A stretch of DNA of 63,838 bases, the filler included, from Sluysia triapertura (taxonomy: Eukaryota), in assembly GCA_046118255.1 (NCBI GenBank). It is 5 parts of 5 records of this genome, joined end to end, with 100 filler letters (N's around TTAATTAATTAA, not from the genome) between each part and the next. Parts side by side here need not be neighbours in the genome. Positions count along the whole stretch, not along the records: positions 36,255 to 52,954 come from JBJNIA010199042.1; positions 53,055 to 63,838 come from JBJNIA010193538.1; 3 more parts are not named here. One strand, given 5' to 3'. Below are positions 51,751 to 63,838 of the stretch, piece after piece. The notes under the pieces are model-generated. The model saw nothing but the letters and a program-made list of their open reading frames with translations. It was not told the DNA's origin and made no database searches. The first letter of the stretch is position 1. The number at the start of each line of letters is the position of its first letter. A program made the position numbers and the translations under genes.

Positions 51751-52954
51751 TTCAAAGAATAATAATGTGCACTTATTGGAGATTAAACTTTAATAAGTAG
51801 TAGCGAAGATTTTTAGGATGTTTTCTAATTTATCTTTCTTAAAAATTATTACTTTTACAATTGGTGATTAGTAGTCAGCTTTATAGAGAGATTAAATAAG
51901 ATTAATCCTTAAGCAGAATTTAACGTGATACTTGGCGAGTTAATTAAAGATTTCACTTCTAAAGATTTTCATAAATGGAACAGTTAAAAGAACATGTATT
52001 GTAAAATTTTTTTATACTTATCTATCTAAGTTTGATTTTAGACTACGTGAGTTCTTTACGATGTTAGACTTACTCACTTAAAGGCTAATACGTAAGTGAA
52101 GTATAAAATAATTATTTGGAGGTTTTTTCTATTTTAAAATGTCAACAAACTAGCTAAAGAACTATTGCCATAAAGTCAAGGATTCAGTTTCGTCTTATTG
52201 CAATGTCAGGTTAAAAATATGTATTTTAAGTAGGATCCCAATTAAATAGGATCTTCAGAAATGAATTTTAATTTTAAACTAACAAAATATGAATGATTTT
52301 GGCGTCAAGTTGTAACTATGTAATTGGATTTTTTCGAACGATCTTATTCAATTAATCACAAAAATTTTAATGATTTATATTATGTTGTATTTTGTTGTAC
52401 ATTTACTAATAACCCTCTTTAACAACTAAGAAAAAACATCAAATACAACTAAATCTCGATACATTCTTATATAAGAGTTATACAAATCAAATCTTTATAT
52501 GACAATTATAGTTATATAAATCAAACTTTTTATATAGTTAATCAAAATCTTTAATAAATTACTATTGAACTCTTTAAAAATCGCAGGGGTTACACAAATG
52601 TAAAATAAAATATAAAATAATAATAAAAACAAAATGAATCTTAACTCTCTACTAACTCGTTAAACTTATTTTGTCAATGAGTGTTATCCACAACTCAATT
52701 GAATCCACCTTCCCTATAGCAAGAAGTTCCTGACTAATTTGTCGATTGACACTGTTGTCGCTTTTTTGGATTGTTATTGTGATTTTATGTAAAAAGTCAA
52801 CTCTTTATATAGTATCCTGATAATTGTCAGATAGTCGGAAATTCAATTCAATTATTTTGCATGTTTACTACACATGTTATTTTCTTAGAATCGGTTTTAT
52901 GCCGACTCATTACTAAAATGGAATTTCAATATTAATTTCCAATGAATTTCCGAC

Positions 52955-53054
52955 NNNNNNNNNNNNNNNNNNNNNNNNNNNNNNNNNNNNNNNNNNNNTT
53001 AATTAATTAANNNNNNNNNNNNNNNNNNNNNNNNNNNNNNNNNNNNNNNNNNNN
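52955..53054. other. Artificial scaffold-joining spacer
   Basis: N44-TTAATTAATTAA-N44. Confidence 0.97.
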
Positions 53055-53129
53055 TTGTTTCTTTGTTAGGTCGCCAGAAATATTCGAGTCACAAATTGGG
53101 TCGCGAATAAAAATTAGTGGGAATCCCTG
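53055..53129. mobile_element. hAT-type MITE end at scaffold start
   Basis: GGTCGC subterminal repeats and terminus TGGGAATCCCTG. Confidence 0.55.
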
Positions 53130-53502
53130 TTCAAATATCACCAAACAATTATCTAAACATCTTGTACCTTAAACCACTAACCTCTATCATTTCATATTTT
53201 TTCTAAATATTGGAATAAATTACATTTATGCATGTTGATGTTTAAATCTAAGAAAGCTAAATGAAATTCAAGAAAGAAAAATAATTAATAATTAATAATA
53301 ATAATAATAATAATAGAGAGATTGTATAATCATATTAGTAAAAAGAGTGTGCGTAGCAAAATGAAATTTGTGTGCATTCATAAATGCCATCATTTTTTAA
53401 GAAAATACAATTAAAAAAAAGATTTGTTCCAAACAGAAATTAAATTTAACCTTGTCTAATACACGAAAATGCTTTCCAAAAACTGCTTCATCGATATTTC
53501 AC

Positions 53503-53900
53503 GTGCAAATAGGAAATTACGTAATCATGAAACATCGGCAGTTGGACATTTGACAAAGTTAAAGTTGGTAAACATAAAAGTTAGTAAACCAATCCGAGTT
53601 CAAGTTGCTGCAAAATTTGTGAATCAGAATAGGATTAAAGCGCTTGCTATAGCTGGTAAATTAAAGCATGACGTACAAAATTTATATCTTTTTCGACATC
53701 ACCATCTTAAGTTATATCAACTTATTTCATGATGAATTGTTTCATTATTTAGACAAATTTGATACGTTAACAGAAAGAGATGCTTACAAGTTTATTCAAC
53801 AAATAGCTTCATAAATTGAATATTGTCATCGGCATAATCTAGATTTTTACAACCAGTAAATTTGTTACTTGACATTAGATTAAAGATTTTGAGATTTCGT
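53503..53900 (+). pseudogene. PRKAA: AMPK catalytic alpha subunit kinase-domain fragment, decayed
   Basis: Joined frames give VQIGNYVI, VAAKFVNQNRIKALAIAGKLKHDVQNLYLFRHHHLKLYQLIS, ELFHYL, QQIAS*IEYCHRH and LQPVNLLLD. These track AMPK ([47 protein letters not shown]). Contains stops and deletions. Confidence 0.85.
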
Positions 53901-56026
53901 TGGATTTGAAGAAACATTACCATATCACATTATTTGGTGACCAACAAATTCTTTCTCATTTGGGACGAATTAGCTGTAGAAATACTTCGAGTACAATGAA
54001 ATCTGGAACATTTCAAAAAATATCACAGTTCACCAATACCAACAATCTTACAACTCTCGAAATTAGTATGTGTTTGTACACCATGTTTCTGTAGACAAAG
54101 CGGCTCACTTCTTAATAGTATCAATACCCGTATTGGAACAACCATATGATGCCATTATTTAACATTGACTAATCTTAGCTATTTTTGTTATTTTGAAATT
54201 TATTCGTTAAATGTTCGATCTGTTTATTTTTGTTTTACAATAAGCCTGATTCTTACCAACCCAAATGTTGAAATACTGCGCCCAAAAAGGTTTAAATTAT
54301 TGTAAAGTTGATCCGAATAAAATAATTATAAACAATTTGAGAAATATATTAGAAATAACAGTGAAATATATTGTTGAGGTACAGGCCTAAAGTACCATTT
54401 AGAATAATGATAGTATAATTGATTATAATAACAATAAAATTGTTAGACGGGGCTGATAGGTCAGTGATAAGAGCATCGAACTGCACAACTGTGAGGTGAG
54501 AGGTCAATCCACTTAATAAAGTCTTTAATAAAGTATCATTACATGATTTAAAATTAAATTTAACACCAGATGAAACAACGAATTTAAAACTTAACTGAAA
54601 GCACATCTTACACCTCTAGCAGTTATGTTTAATATCATATTTATAAGTTACCTTAACAATTACTTGATAATATGTTACAACTATTCAAGTATTTCCTTTT
54701 TAAGTATGTTCATTAAGTACATATTTGATTGACACACACACACACAAACGCACATTCATTACAATTGGGTTTCTTTTCCATTTATTCAAATTGACTTAGT
54801 TTATGATTTTATTACATTATTCACAGTTGACCATAGAAGCATAAATATTTTCCCCAGAATAATGTAATCGTTTTTCTTATATTCTGATTGGATTATTTAA
54901 AAACGATGAGAAAGTTTTGCAAAAAAAATGATAAACCAACTTGGGAATATTTTCATATTATTGGTATAATTCATTATCCATAATTTAAATATATAATACT
55001 AGAAATAATTACTTTATGAATTAATAATTGAATGACTTTCACACTTTAATAATAATGATAATAATAATTAATAATAATAATATGATGATGTATTTGCGGT
55101 TATTCACAACTCTCACACAACATTACAATCGCAAAAATTAAAGCACTAAATTAACAACAAACTCACATTCAATTATTCATCACTTTATTTACTATTGATA
55201 CTACTATTATTACTACTGTTATTACTCAACACGTTAATCGCCATGTCAGTCATATGTGTCTGACATGTTGGATTTAGTAGAAGGCCACGTCAGTCAAGCA
55301 AACGATAAATTTACTATATCTTTGAAAACCTAAGCAAAACGTGAAAATGGCTTAGCTTTCTACGAAAAAATAAATAAAATAGACTTAGTTATATAATACT
55401 ATATTTTAGACTTGAATAACTACATTGACTTATTTTGTAGTCTGAAAAAATAAAATTTTTTGTCCTTTTTTTCTTGCTGCTTTTTTTATTTGGGCATAAC
55501 ATCAAACGCACATTCATCTTATTTTCTTCTTTTCATAACTAAACATCATTTATTAATTTCATAATGTAACCCTCGAGTCCAATGGACCCGAGTGTAAATT
55601 TCACTAGTTATTTTCTAGTAATGTCTTACATAACTTTCTGACTTTAAATAAATCTTTTTAATGGGCTAATACTAATAATAAAATACTTTTTTTTGATAGA
55701 TGGAAGATTAGTAAATAATTTACTAATAATTTTAATTATCAACCTGCGTTGTAATTCTTTAATACGTGCCATAATATTCAAATGACCTTGAGAATATTGT
55801 TCCATAACATCACGTACATCGTAAGGCTTCCTAGTTTGCTAAATTATAATTTATATAATAATTATCTATTTACTAATATCAGCAAATAATTATAGACCAT
55901 ATTTATTTGCTATGATTTCTTAATATTTTTAAATTAATTTATTATTTTTTAGTATATTTATATTTTTATATACTAATAAATATTGACGCAATACAAATTG
56001 TGATATTATTATTGATATTTTTTTAG

Positions 56027-56163
56027 AAACCAAATATTTGAACGAATTTTACTGCTTTGTGAATCGGAAAAGTCGGAGAGAAAATTTTCGTGCAGGTTTA
56101 AATTATTTTTTGATGTTTTATATGTTAGATTACGGTCCTCTGTCGCGGCAGCTCCGACGCTAA
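56027..56163 (+). pseudogene. Possible decayed Cdc14 phosphatase N-terminal fragment
   Basis: Removing a 33-nt GT-AG segment (56096-56128) gives ENFRADYGPL, versus Cdc14 ENFYADFGPL. A stop follows shortly after. Confidence 0.3.
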
Positions 56164-56809
56164 TTTAACATAAACATTGAAACGTTTATGTAATCTGTTA
56201 TATGTCGAAGATGGTTCGATAAGAAAATGTTTACATTTCGTATTTTTATTTGCACCGACTCGTCATTATCGTCAAGATTAGTTTTATCAGAGTTGTGCAA
56301 GTGGAATATCGTAAACAAATAGGAATATTCGTGTTATTATATTGGTTAGTTAAGAATTTGGAATTTTATTATTTTTATTATATTAATAATAGATAAATAC
56401 ATAAATATAACATAGACGTAATTAAATTAATAAATAAATAATTCAAATTCGATTAGAGTATGTTTTTTTTGAGTGAGACGTTTAATTGTGAAAATTTTGT
56501 GTTAAATTCTTTTTGAGTACAAATTTGGTTTCAAAAACATATCTAAATGGTTTTAAAAAAATTTACATGAATCGAAATTGAAAAGTGAGGTTTCTTTTGT
56601 GTGTTTGGTATGATATGACCAGTATTATTGAAACAGTATTATCAGAGATTTATTGTCAGATATTATTATTACTCGTGTACTTTCATATTTGGTCAGATTG
56701 AGAAGGTATTAGCATCAACACCAAAAGAAAATAATCGAAGATATGATACCAAACTAAATATTGAAAAGGCTAGATAATTTCTAGTCAAAAGTTTCATGAA
56801 AAAAAGATA

Positions 56810-57445
56810 TAGTTTTCCTCTTCTTACCCGCCACTTTTGGGAATTGGAAAAATGTGGCGGTTAAGATGAGTTTTTTAGTAAGAAATATAAATATTTTATT
56901 TCTTTATCATCCAATTTTGTCCAATAAGCAAATATTTTTTTATCCTTCTTCAAGACTTTTCTGAGACTTGATTGAGTTGCATTATTTTAGATCTAAGTTC
57001 ATTTAAAAAATCTCCAGGCCTATGGTTGACGTGGTACATGATTCATCAGCTATTTGAACTGCCTTATATTATCCGTAACGAGAGCACCTCTTCAATTCTA
57101 TCAAATTCTTTGTCTAAAACATTAAACTGTAAAACTAGAATTGGCCGAAAGTTCTTTTTTAAATTTACCTGAAAAAATCTCTGCTACTCTGTTATCTGAA
57201 TATATACTTCAAAATTTCAATTTTTTCAACAACAGTTAACTTTTTACACACTTTCGTTTTATCACAAAATAAGGTCCAATGAAAAATGTTTTCATAAACA
57301 ATTAATATTAAAAAACGATATCATGTCAAAAGTAACAATAAACCATTAAAATATTTTTTAAAAACATGTGCCAGCTAGAAGGAGGAGTTTTCTATTATAA
57401 TATTTAAACTTCCTAAAAATTTGGCAGTTAGAAAGTGGAATACTG
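56810..57445. mobile_element. pogo/Tigger-like non-autonomous element
   Basis: Imperfect TIRs: TAGTTTTCCTCTTCTTACCCGCCAC versus the reverse complement of TTGGCAGTTAGAAAGTGGAATACTG. Subterminal hairpin at 56822-56866. TA on the left flank. Confidence 0.5.
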
Positions 57446-59879
57446 TGTATTAATGTACCATTCTAAAATAGAAAATTAATATTAAAATCAATTAAACTTT
57501 AAACGTAACAAAATTAAACAGTCTTTTCATTCTATTGACTGCACGAATAAATGGTACTTTCTTTTAATTTCCATAGAAACAACATCTTTAATTGGTATAT
57601 ATATTAATAATATTTGAATGAATGAGATTTAGTAGTATATAATTTATTATGAAAAATAAAAAACATTTGTAATAAACTAACCAGAAATTTTCTTCTGGCA
57701 ACGTAATATCGAATTCGTCGAAGCACACGAATTGCTACTTTTTGTGATTGAGATAGTCTGAACATAATTAATAATAATAATTATTTTATGAATTAATTTA
57801 TTTAACTAATAATTAATTAATAATTAAGTAATAATTAATTTATTTATTGTAATAATTATCTAAATATGATACTAGTTGGTTAGTATGAGGTTATTGTATA
57901 ACATAGATTTGCTCAAAGTGATTACATTCAAAAAAGAAAACGAAAAAGATACAAGGCTTTTAAGTTACTAATCACACGTATGATGCAATAAAATGTCGTA
58001 GATAGGAATGTCCGCGCCAAACTGAACCCCATTTCCGGTTTACTTGTAATTTGTTGGAGTATTATATTAAATTTCTATTTGGTGTTAATTAATTGGAAAA
58101 GGATTTTTTTAGTTTTTTATTAGGGATTTAGTTTAAATAGTGTTACTATGTGTTATACAATCTTATATATTACAATATTATATAAAATATTGTCCTGTTT
58201 AAGAAATGTATGACCTTCCGAAGAAATCTCCATAGTACCAACCTATTGTTGTTGCTAACCTTTATTAAATATTAATAAATAATAACAGAAAATCATTATA
58301 TATATTTAAAAAAGACAATTGTCTTCATGTCCTTAATCGTTTTTAAAAGCTGTAGCATTAGTAAAAATGAATATTATATCAATTTACTAATATTAAAAAC
58401 TTAAAATCAGAAAAAGATAAAAAGTCATCATAAAATCTGTCATCACAATTCATCGTCACCATTGTCATTATTAAGAAAATACTGCCTATAAGCTACACTG
58501 ATTCGTCTCAAGACAGTACCTCTTATATATTGTGAGGTACTAATAGTTTCACTATTAGTTTTCTTAAATTGTTTCTTGCATTTATTAAGCAATAAGACAT
58601 AAAACTGTCTTTCATCTTATTAATTTAATTTAATTTCGTCAGTAGTTTGATACGTTTTAACTTAAAGTTCCCAATTAAATGTCAAGAAATAAATTTAGAC
58701 AATAAAATTGTAATTAAAAAACTAATAATGAAAATTTATTGCTATTTTATGTATTCAAAAGATACATTTTTATTAAAAATAAATTTTTATTACATCATAA
58801 ATATTTTGACTACAAAAAATCAAAAAACTGGACACAACATTAATAGCGGCGTTTTATTTTGAAAAAATATTTGGTGTTACAGTTTTGTTTGCGAATTTAT
58901 TACAAGGATTATTTGAAAGTCGATTCTTTCAAATTGCGGATTATTAACTTGGAATCTTCAATTTTAGCTCATTTCTCTACGATTATCGCAGTGTTAATAT
59001 CTTCTAATATATAACCGCGAAGAATTACTTCCGGCTTAATATTTTTTCTCAAATACTAACATTATAAACAATTTATTATCATTATTATAATTTTTGGATC
59101 GATTTTTCTTATTTGAAATTTTTATCGTTAGTTTTATCTTATATTAATTTGTTTGTTAATTAGTTCTTTAAGTCATAATTTAAAAGTAAGGATCATCTAA
59201 AAGGAAAACATGGGAAACATTTCAGAAGTAGGGCAATTACTTTCTCACAGAAAGTTCCATTTATTCAAATCTTGTAACTGCATCTTCCGCATGATATAAA
59301 TCACAGTCTACAGGCGAATCCGTAAGATATTTAGTTTATATTTGCTGAGATAATTTAGTAATAATATATGAAAATATGATAAAACTGTTTCTTAAATGAG
59401 CATCGTGTTTAAAATAACAGTTGGTACCGACAGTAGTAGAATAGCTTTGTATTGTAGGTAATTATTTTTGAATAGAATAATATTAAGCTACCTTTATCTA
59501 TTTCTTTTTTATTATTTATTGTAGTGGTCAACCCATCGCTTGAGAATTTTATTTCATAAAAACACAATACAATCATTTTTGAGAACATTCACAATTGTTA
59601 TCATCGTCAAATATTTTAAAACATACGAATTCACAACAGAATTTTCTGTATTATCGAATATCACCAATCATACATTCAAAAATCAACATAAAATAATATT
59701 AAATTAAATCAACACAATGTATATAAAACCATTTCTCTAACATTTTAACATTCCCATATTTATCTCCTTTCCATCCACTAAAACATTATTCTAACCTTAT
59801 CAAAACAATCCTATTTCATAACTTTACAATATCAAAATTACATTTCTTAACACTACACAAAATTGAGTTTCTTGCTCAT

Positions 59880-60911
59880 ATGTCGTACAAATCATGTCTG
59901 AATAAAATAATGAACATGTTTGAAGAACAAGTAATTATAGAAACTGATGTATCTGTGTATCAAGTAGCAAATATTTTAGAAAAGAGTGGCATGAGTATTG
60001 TTTTAAAAAGTGTTTCTACGTTAAGTTCGAAAATGAAAGAACGACACTATTGTGTTGGGGTTAGTATACTATATAATGATTTGTTTGTATCAATTAGACG
60101 ATAACACATGTTATATCGAAGATACATTGGTTGGATTAGAATGCTGGGAGATTTATCAAATGGAAGTTTATCATGTGGTCCTATTTATTCTACAAACACA
60201 GATGAGGATTCATTTCTAAGAGATCTTGAACTAGTTGAAGCATGTCGCAGATTATTAAAATTGATTGAAAATTTATATTCTAAACTGTACACAAGATTAC
60301 CTTTGTTGAATACATGGGTTAATTTATATACGCTAAAATTATCTGGCTTAGTTATGATACCAAATAATTTGATTGATCTCAATATAGATTTGTACAATTT
60401 CCATGTTAAATCATCTGAATCGATGAATACTAGTAACAATGACGACATTTTATATCAAAGTATGCAGATGCAATCTCTAATTCTTGCGAACACTATGATG
60501 AATGTAAATGATTATACTTTAGAATATAAATCACTAATCGATGCAAACAATTTTCAAGAAATTTCACAGAATTATGATACATTAGAAAGTAAAGCGAATA
60601 ATGAGAATCTTGCTTATAGTTTGTACCGTAAAGTATTCCAAGATAACGTGCAGTCAGAAAGTAATTCTCCCTCTCGTTTGTACCGTTATTATAAATTGAT
60701 TAAATGTGCACCAACTTCTAATCGTCGTGTCAGAATGGCAATATGTCCATACCTGTACAAGATCTGCAAGCAATTGTCAATATACTCACACGATTGGTCA
60801 AATGCAAATACAAATTTAAATCATCCTAACTTGGATCACCTATTAAGAGTCACAGATTTAATACTCCTACTCAAAAGAACAATATCGACTTTGGTTACAA
60901 TAAAAACGTAA
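59880..60911 (+). CDS. Uncharacterised helical protein: two in-frame ORFs separated by one TAA
   Basis: 74 and 267 codons in the same frame, separated by TAA at 60102-60104. A 39-nt GT-AG segment (60083-60121) would remove the stop in frame. Possible donor at 60908. Confidence 0.6.
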
Positions 60912-61627
60912 ACTTTATTTATTTTTATTATAATGATAATTTAACTGTTGATTTTGGTTTAGGTAGGGAAACATGGACGACTGACATTATTTACACATTT
61001 TACAAATTTCGTACTTTTGATATATAATAAAATTTTCCATGTTCTTAAATCTTATTATGTCTTTAATCATAAATTTTTAAATCAAAAGTTTCTTATTAAT
61101 TGTTTAAAATTTGAAGTTAATGCAAAAGTTTTGAAACTTACATCTAAAAAGATATCTTGTAAATTCTTTGTTGTATAATATAATAATTATAATCAATTTA
61201 AGTATCATAAACATAACCACACAACATTTATTTATTAATTTTTCACTTTTATCTTTTATATTTTCGGGGTTCAGAATTATTGTGGTTCCATTGTAGTTAA
61301 GGAATTATCTAGAATATCTTTATATATTTCATAACAAATCCTATAAACCATATACGAATTTGTTTTCTTATTCAATAATAAAATTTGCTTTTTAATTAAT
61401 GAAACATATCCAAAGCACCACCAACATCTAATCGTTTGTTAATTGGCTTATTTAAGTCAATAAATAAGCTTTTAATAAAGAAGATTATAAATAAAGTATA
61501 TTATAGTAGTATTATTAATATTAAAAATTAATTCAGGATCAGTTTATGGAGATATTCTATATATTATTAATTAAAAATTAATAAAATAAAATTTCCGGCC
61601 GATTCAGATAATCTAATCAATTCATTT

Positions 61628-61890
61628 ATGAAAAATGAAACATCAATATACAAAAACTCATATGACATGTACTTTGTACAAGACGATATAATTTACAGAT
61701 TCAAATCACATGTAAAAATCCTATCAACTAAATTGGGTGCTATTTTCTTAGAAGTAAGCAAAAAAATATATTTTACATCACCAAATGAAATACTAAACAA
61801 ATTCAACGTAGAAAATGTATTTCCAGAACACTTTTATATAAAGTTAATGAAAAAACTAATGTTCTGAATATGTTACAAGAACGATGAAAA
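61628..61890 (+). mobile_element. Possible LTR-retrotransposon integrase zinc-binding remnant
   Basis: YFVQDDIIYR...VFP....IK...F*ICYKN loosely resembles the pre-integrase linker and H2C2 region. Confidence 0.25.
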
Positions 61891-61984
61891 GTATTTGATC
61901 TAGGACAATATTACTGTATTAGTGTTAGAACTATTTGGTACACATTAGATGGTTTCGACTATTAATTTTTATTAATTAATTAAT

Positions 61985-62214
61985 TATTTCGACCAAAAAT
62001 AACCAAGCTTCTTCAAACGGGGGATTGACAAACTGACACAACGGTGGAAGGAATTGATCGATTGTGGCGGATTGAGAGAGTGTGATATTTATTTTTTCTA
62101 ATGATTTAATAAATTCATTTTGTTATCTGGAATTTTTTGAATGATTTTTATTCTTGATCAGTATGCATCTTTCATAACTGTAAAAACCGAACGAACTCAC
62201 CCACAAACCAAATA
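61985..62214 (+). mobile_element. mariner transposon 3' remnant
   Basis: YFDQK*PSFFKRGIDKLTQRWKELIDCGG is the mariner C-terminal motif. A mariner-like TIR follows: AAAAACCGAACGAACTCACCCACAAACCAAATA. Confidence 0.85.
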
Positions 62215-62530
62215 AAAACGTGGTTCTCAATAAAAATATTTAATATTTAATCAAATAAGATGTTTGAATGTTTTAAAGTTATGAAAAACAAATAATTATG
62301 CTAAAATAAATTAGGGAAATAAAATAAATTAGGGAAATGTCGTTTAGTATGAGTATATTTTCGTAATCGAATACTTTAATGAAATCTTATGAATGTCAAA
62401 AAGTGTAATATTTAAAAATAGAAAATGTAACCGAATAACGGAAAATAAAATTATTATGTAAACGACATTGTGGATCATAATAGTAATTTTGTATGTTTTT
62501 AAAGTAGTAATTAAATATTAAATTATATCT

Positions 62531-62830
62531 CAGGGGTGGCCAGACTTTACCCCGTCAGAAGCCAAAATCATAAAAATCCAAAACTTCGGGAGCCTCAAAC
62601 ATGCCAAAAAAATATTTTTGTTAAAATCAGCATAGTAATTAAAAATTTTTTAAATCATTTTTAAATATAGTCTAGACAAAATAAATAAAAATATTTTTAA
62701 ATTTATTCAATAGATTTTTTGTATGATTCAAATTTTGAAACATTTTTATTAATGATAAAATTTCGGAATTTTTAAATCTTGGCGAGAGCCGCACTGGGAA
62801 GGTCAAATAGCCGTAGTTTGGCCACCACTG
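62531..62830. mobile_element. Complete 300-bp hAT MITE
   Basis: TIRs CAGGGGTGGCCAGACT and AGTTTGGCCACCACTG match at 14/16. The 8-bp target duplication TTATATCT / TTACATCT matches at 7/8. Confidence 0.92.
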
Positions 62831-62845
62831 TTACATCTGTACATA

Positions 62846-63168
62846 CAGTGATGGCCAAATTATTAGACTAAAGACCATTTTTGTGATAAAATTCAACATT
62901 TTTCAAAGATATTATTAAACTATTAATCAAAAGTGTATAAAATATGTAAAATGTTGGAAAATAACTATTTTCTCCAAAAAATTCTGGTGAAAGTAAAATA
63001 ATAGATAAAAATACTGAGATCGAAAACATACAGAAATTTTATTCTTGTCGAATGTGATAACAAAATTTCCTAATCCTTAAAGGCATGTCTCACGGATGAG
63101 CTTGTGGCACACGTGTTTAATCTCGTCATTGTGATGCCATACTTTTATCAGGGTTTCAATAAGTTCCG
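62846..63168 (-). mobile_element. Tc1-like transposon 3' end, copy 2
   Basis: TA|CAGTGATGGCCAAATTATTAGAC TIR. The minus strand encodes ELIETLIKVWHHNDEIKHVCHKLI..MPLRIRK. Homologous to 32320-32680. Confidence 0.88.
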
Positions 63169-63838
63169 TCCTGGTGGTTGGTTTTTGGGTAGAAACTGTA
63201 TACAAATCATAACGTTAACTAAACTTCAATATATTAAATTAAATAAATTTATTAAATTAATAGAATTTTACACTGAATATTACTGATTATTATTATTATT
63301 ATTGTCTTTAACTTAGTTTAATTATTATTTAACTTAGGTTTATTTGCATGTTCATTTTCGAGTGATAAAATAAAATGTTAACTTAGTAAAGGGGTTGATA
63401 AATAGAGTTATCAGATGCTAAGACAATCATCTATACTAATTAAGCAGATCCATCTCGAACAACGGAGACCAGTAGTGAAATCTCTAAAATAAAACCGACT
63501 AAGATTGCAAAGACTAAAATTAATTTGATAAGTGAGACTGATTCAATACACATAACATATTCGACAAGACATATTATCTTTGACACTAAGAGTCGGGTTT
63601 TGTTAAGAAATTCGGTAAACAAATTGTCAGTTTTTTAATTTTTATTTGACTACATTAGTCAATTACAATAAACTTAATCAATAAGTAGTTTTAGTATGAT
63701 ATATTTTGAAACATTCAATACACAATCCTACATTTGGATCGTTCGAGTAAGGGAAGATGTCACGCTCGAGTGCAGTTTGGGCCAAACATCAAGTGGTTAA
63801 TTATTGACATTAACCCTACAAGATTTTAAATTTTATAA

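Noticed and set aside
13621-53054. Repeated TTAATTAATTAA palindrome inside N runs as a biological element
   Set aside because: The identical 100-nt N44-12-N44 structure with six-frame stops is an artificial scaffold linker.
53900-54170. LINE apurinic-endonuclease remnant (ITLFGD...)
   Set aside because: Only one weak motif, insufficient to call.
16561-60104. Stop-codon reassignment (TAA/TAG read as Gln), suggested by isolated in-frame stops near 16597, 17050, 49640 and 60102
   Set aside because: UBL3 ends with TAA directly after its CaaX box, and the SLC4 and UBL3 exons contain no internal TAR codons. AT-biased decay or short introns explain the stops.

Overview
Very AT-rich eukaryotic (metazoan-type) DNA, not prokaryotic. 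The window joins five separate scaffolds with identical artificial 100-nt spacers (N44-TTAATTAATTAA-N44 at 13621, 24809, 36155 and 52955), so synteny across those points means nothing. Clear genes are a complete 4-exon UBL3 (CaaX-terminated, with a 38-nt intron) and three internal exons of an SLC4 bicarbonate transporter. Two long unassigned ORFs also occur (17443-18186 and 59880-60911). The rest is mostly decayed transposons (Ty3/gypsy RT-RNaseH and integrase, an R2/NeSL-type RLE LINE 3' end, an L2/CR1 LINE, Tc1, mariner, piggyBac, hAT and pogo-type MITEs), simple repeats, and many decayed fragments of conserved host genes (CSN2, AMPK-alpha, ELAV RRM1, CUB, EF-hand, possibly Cdc14). The best novelty candidates are an intronless RING-H2 plus catalytically dead DEDDh-fold cassette (20939-22589) and a compact divergent TBP-like ORF (562-906). 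Both look more like virus or mobile-element cargo than host genes, but that is inference. I see no intact, clearly new biological system. All protein assignments come from motif recognition by eye, without database searches. The short introns and AT richness would fit a compact invertebrate or parasite genome (inference only).
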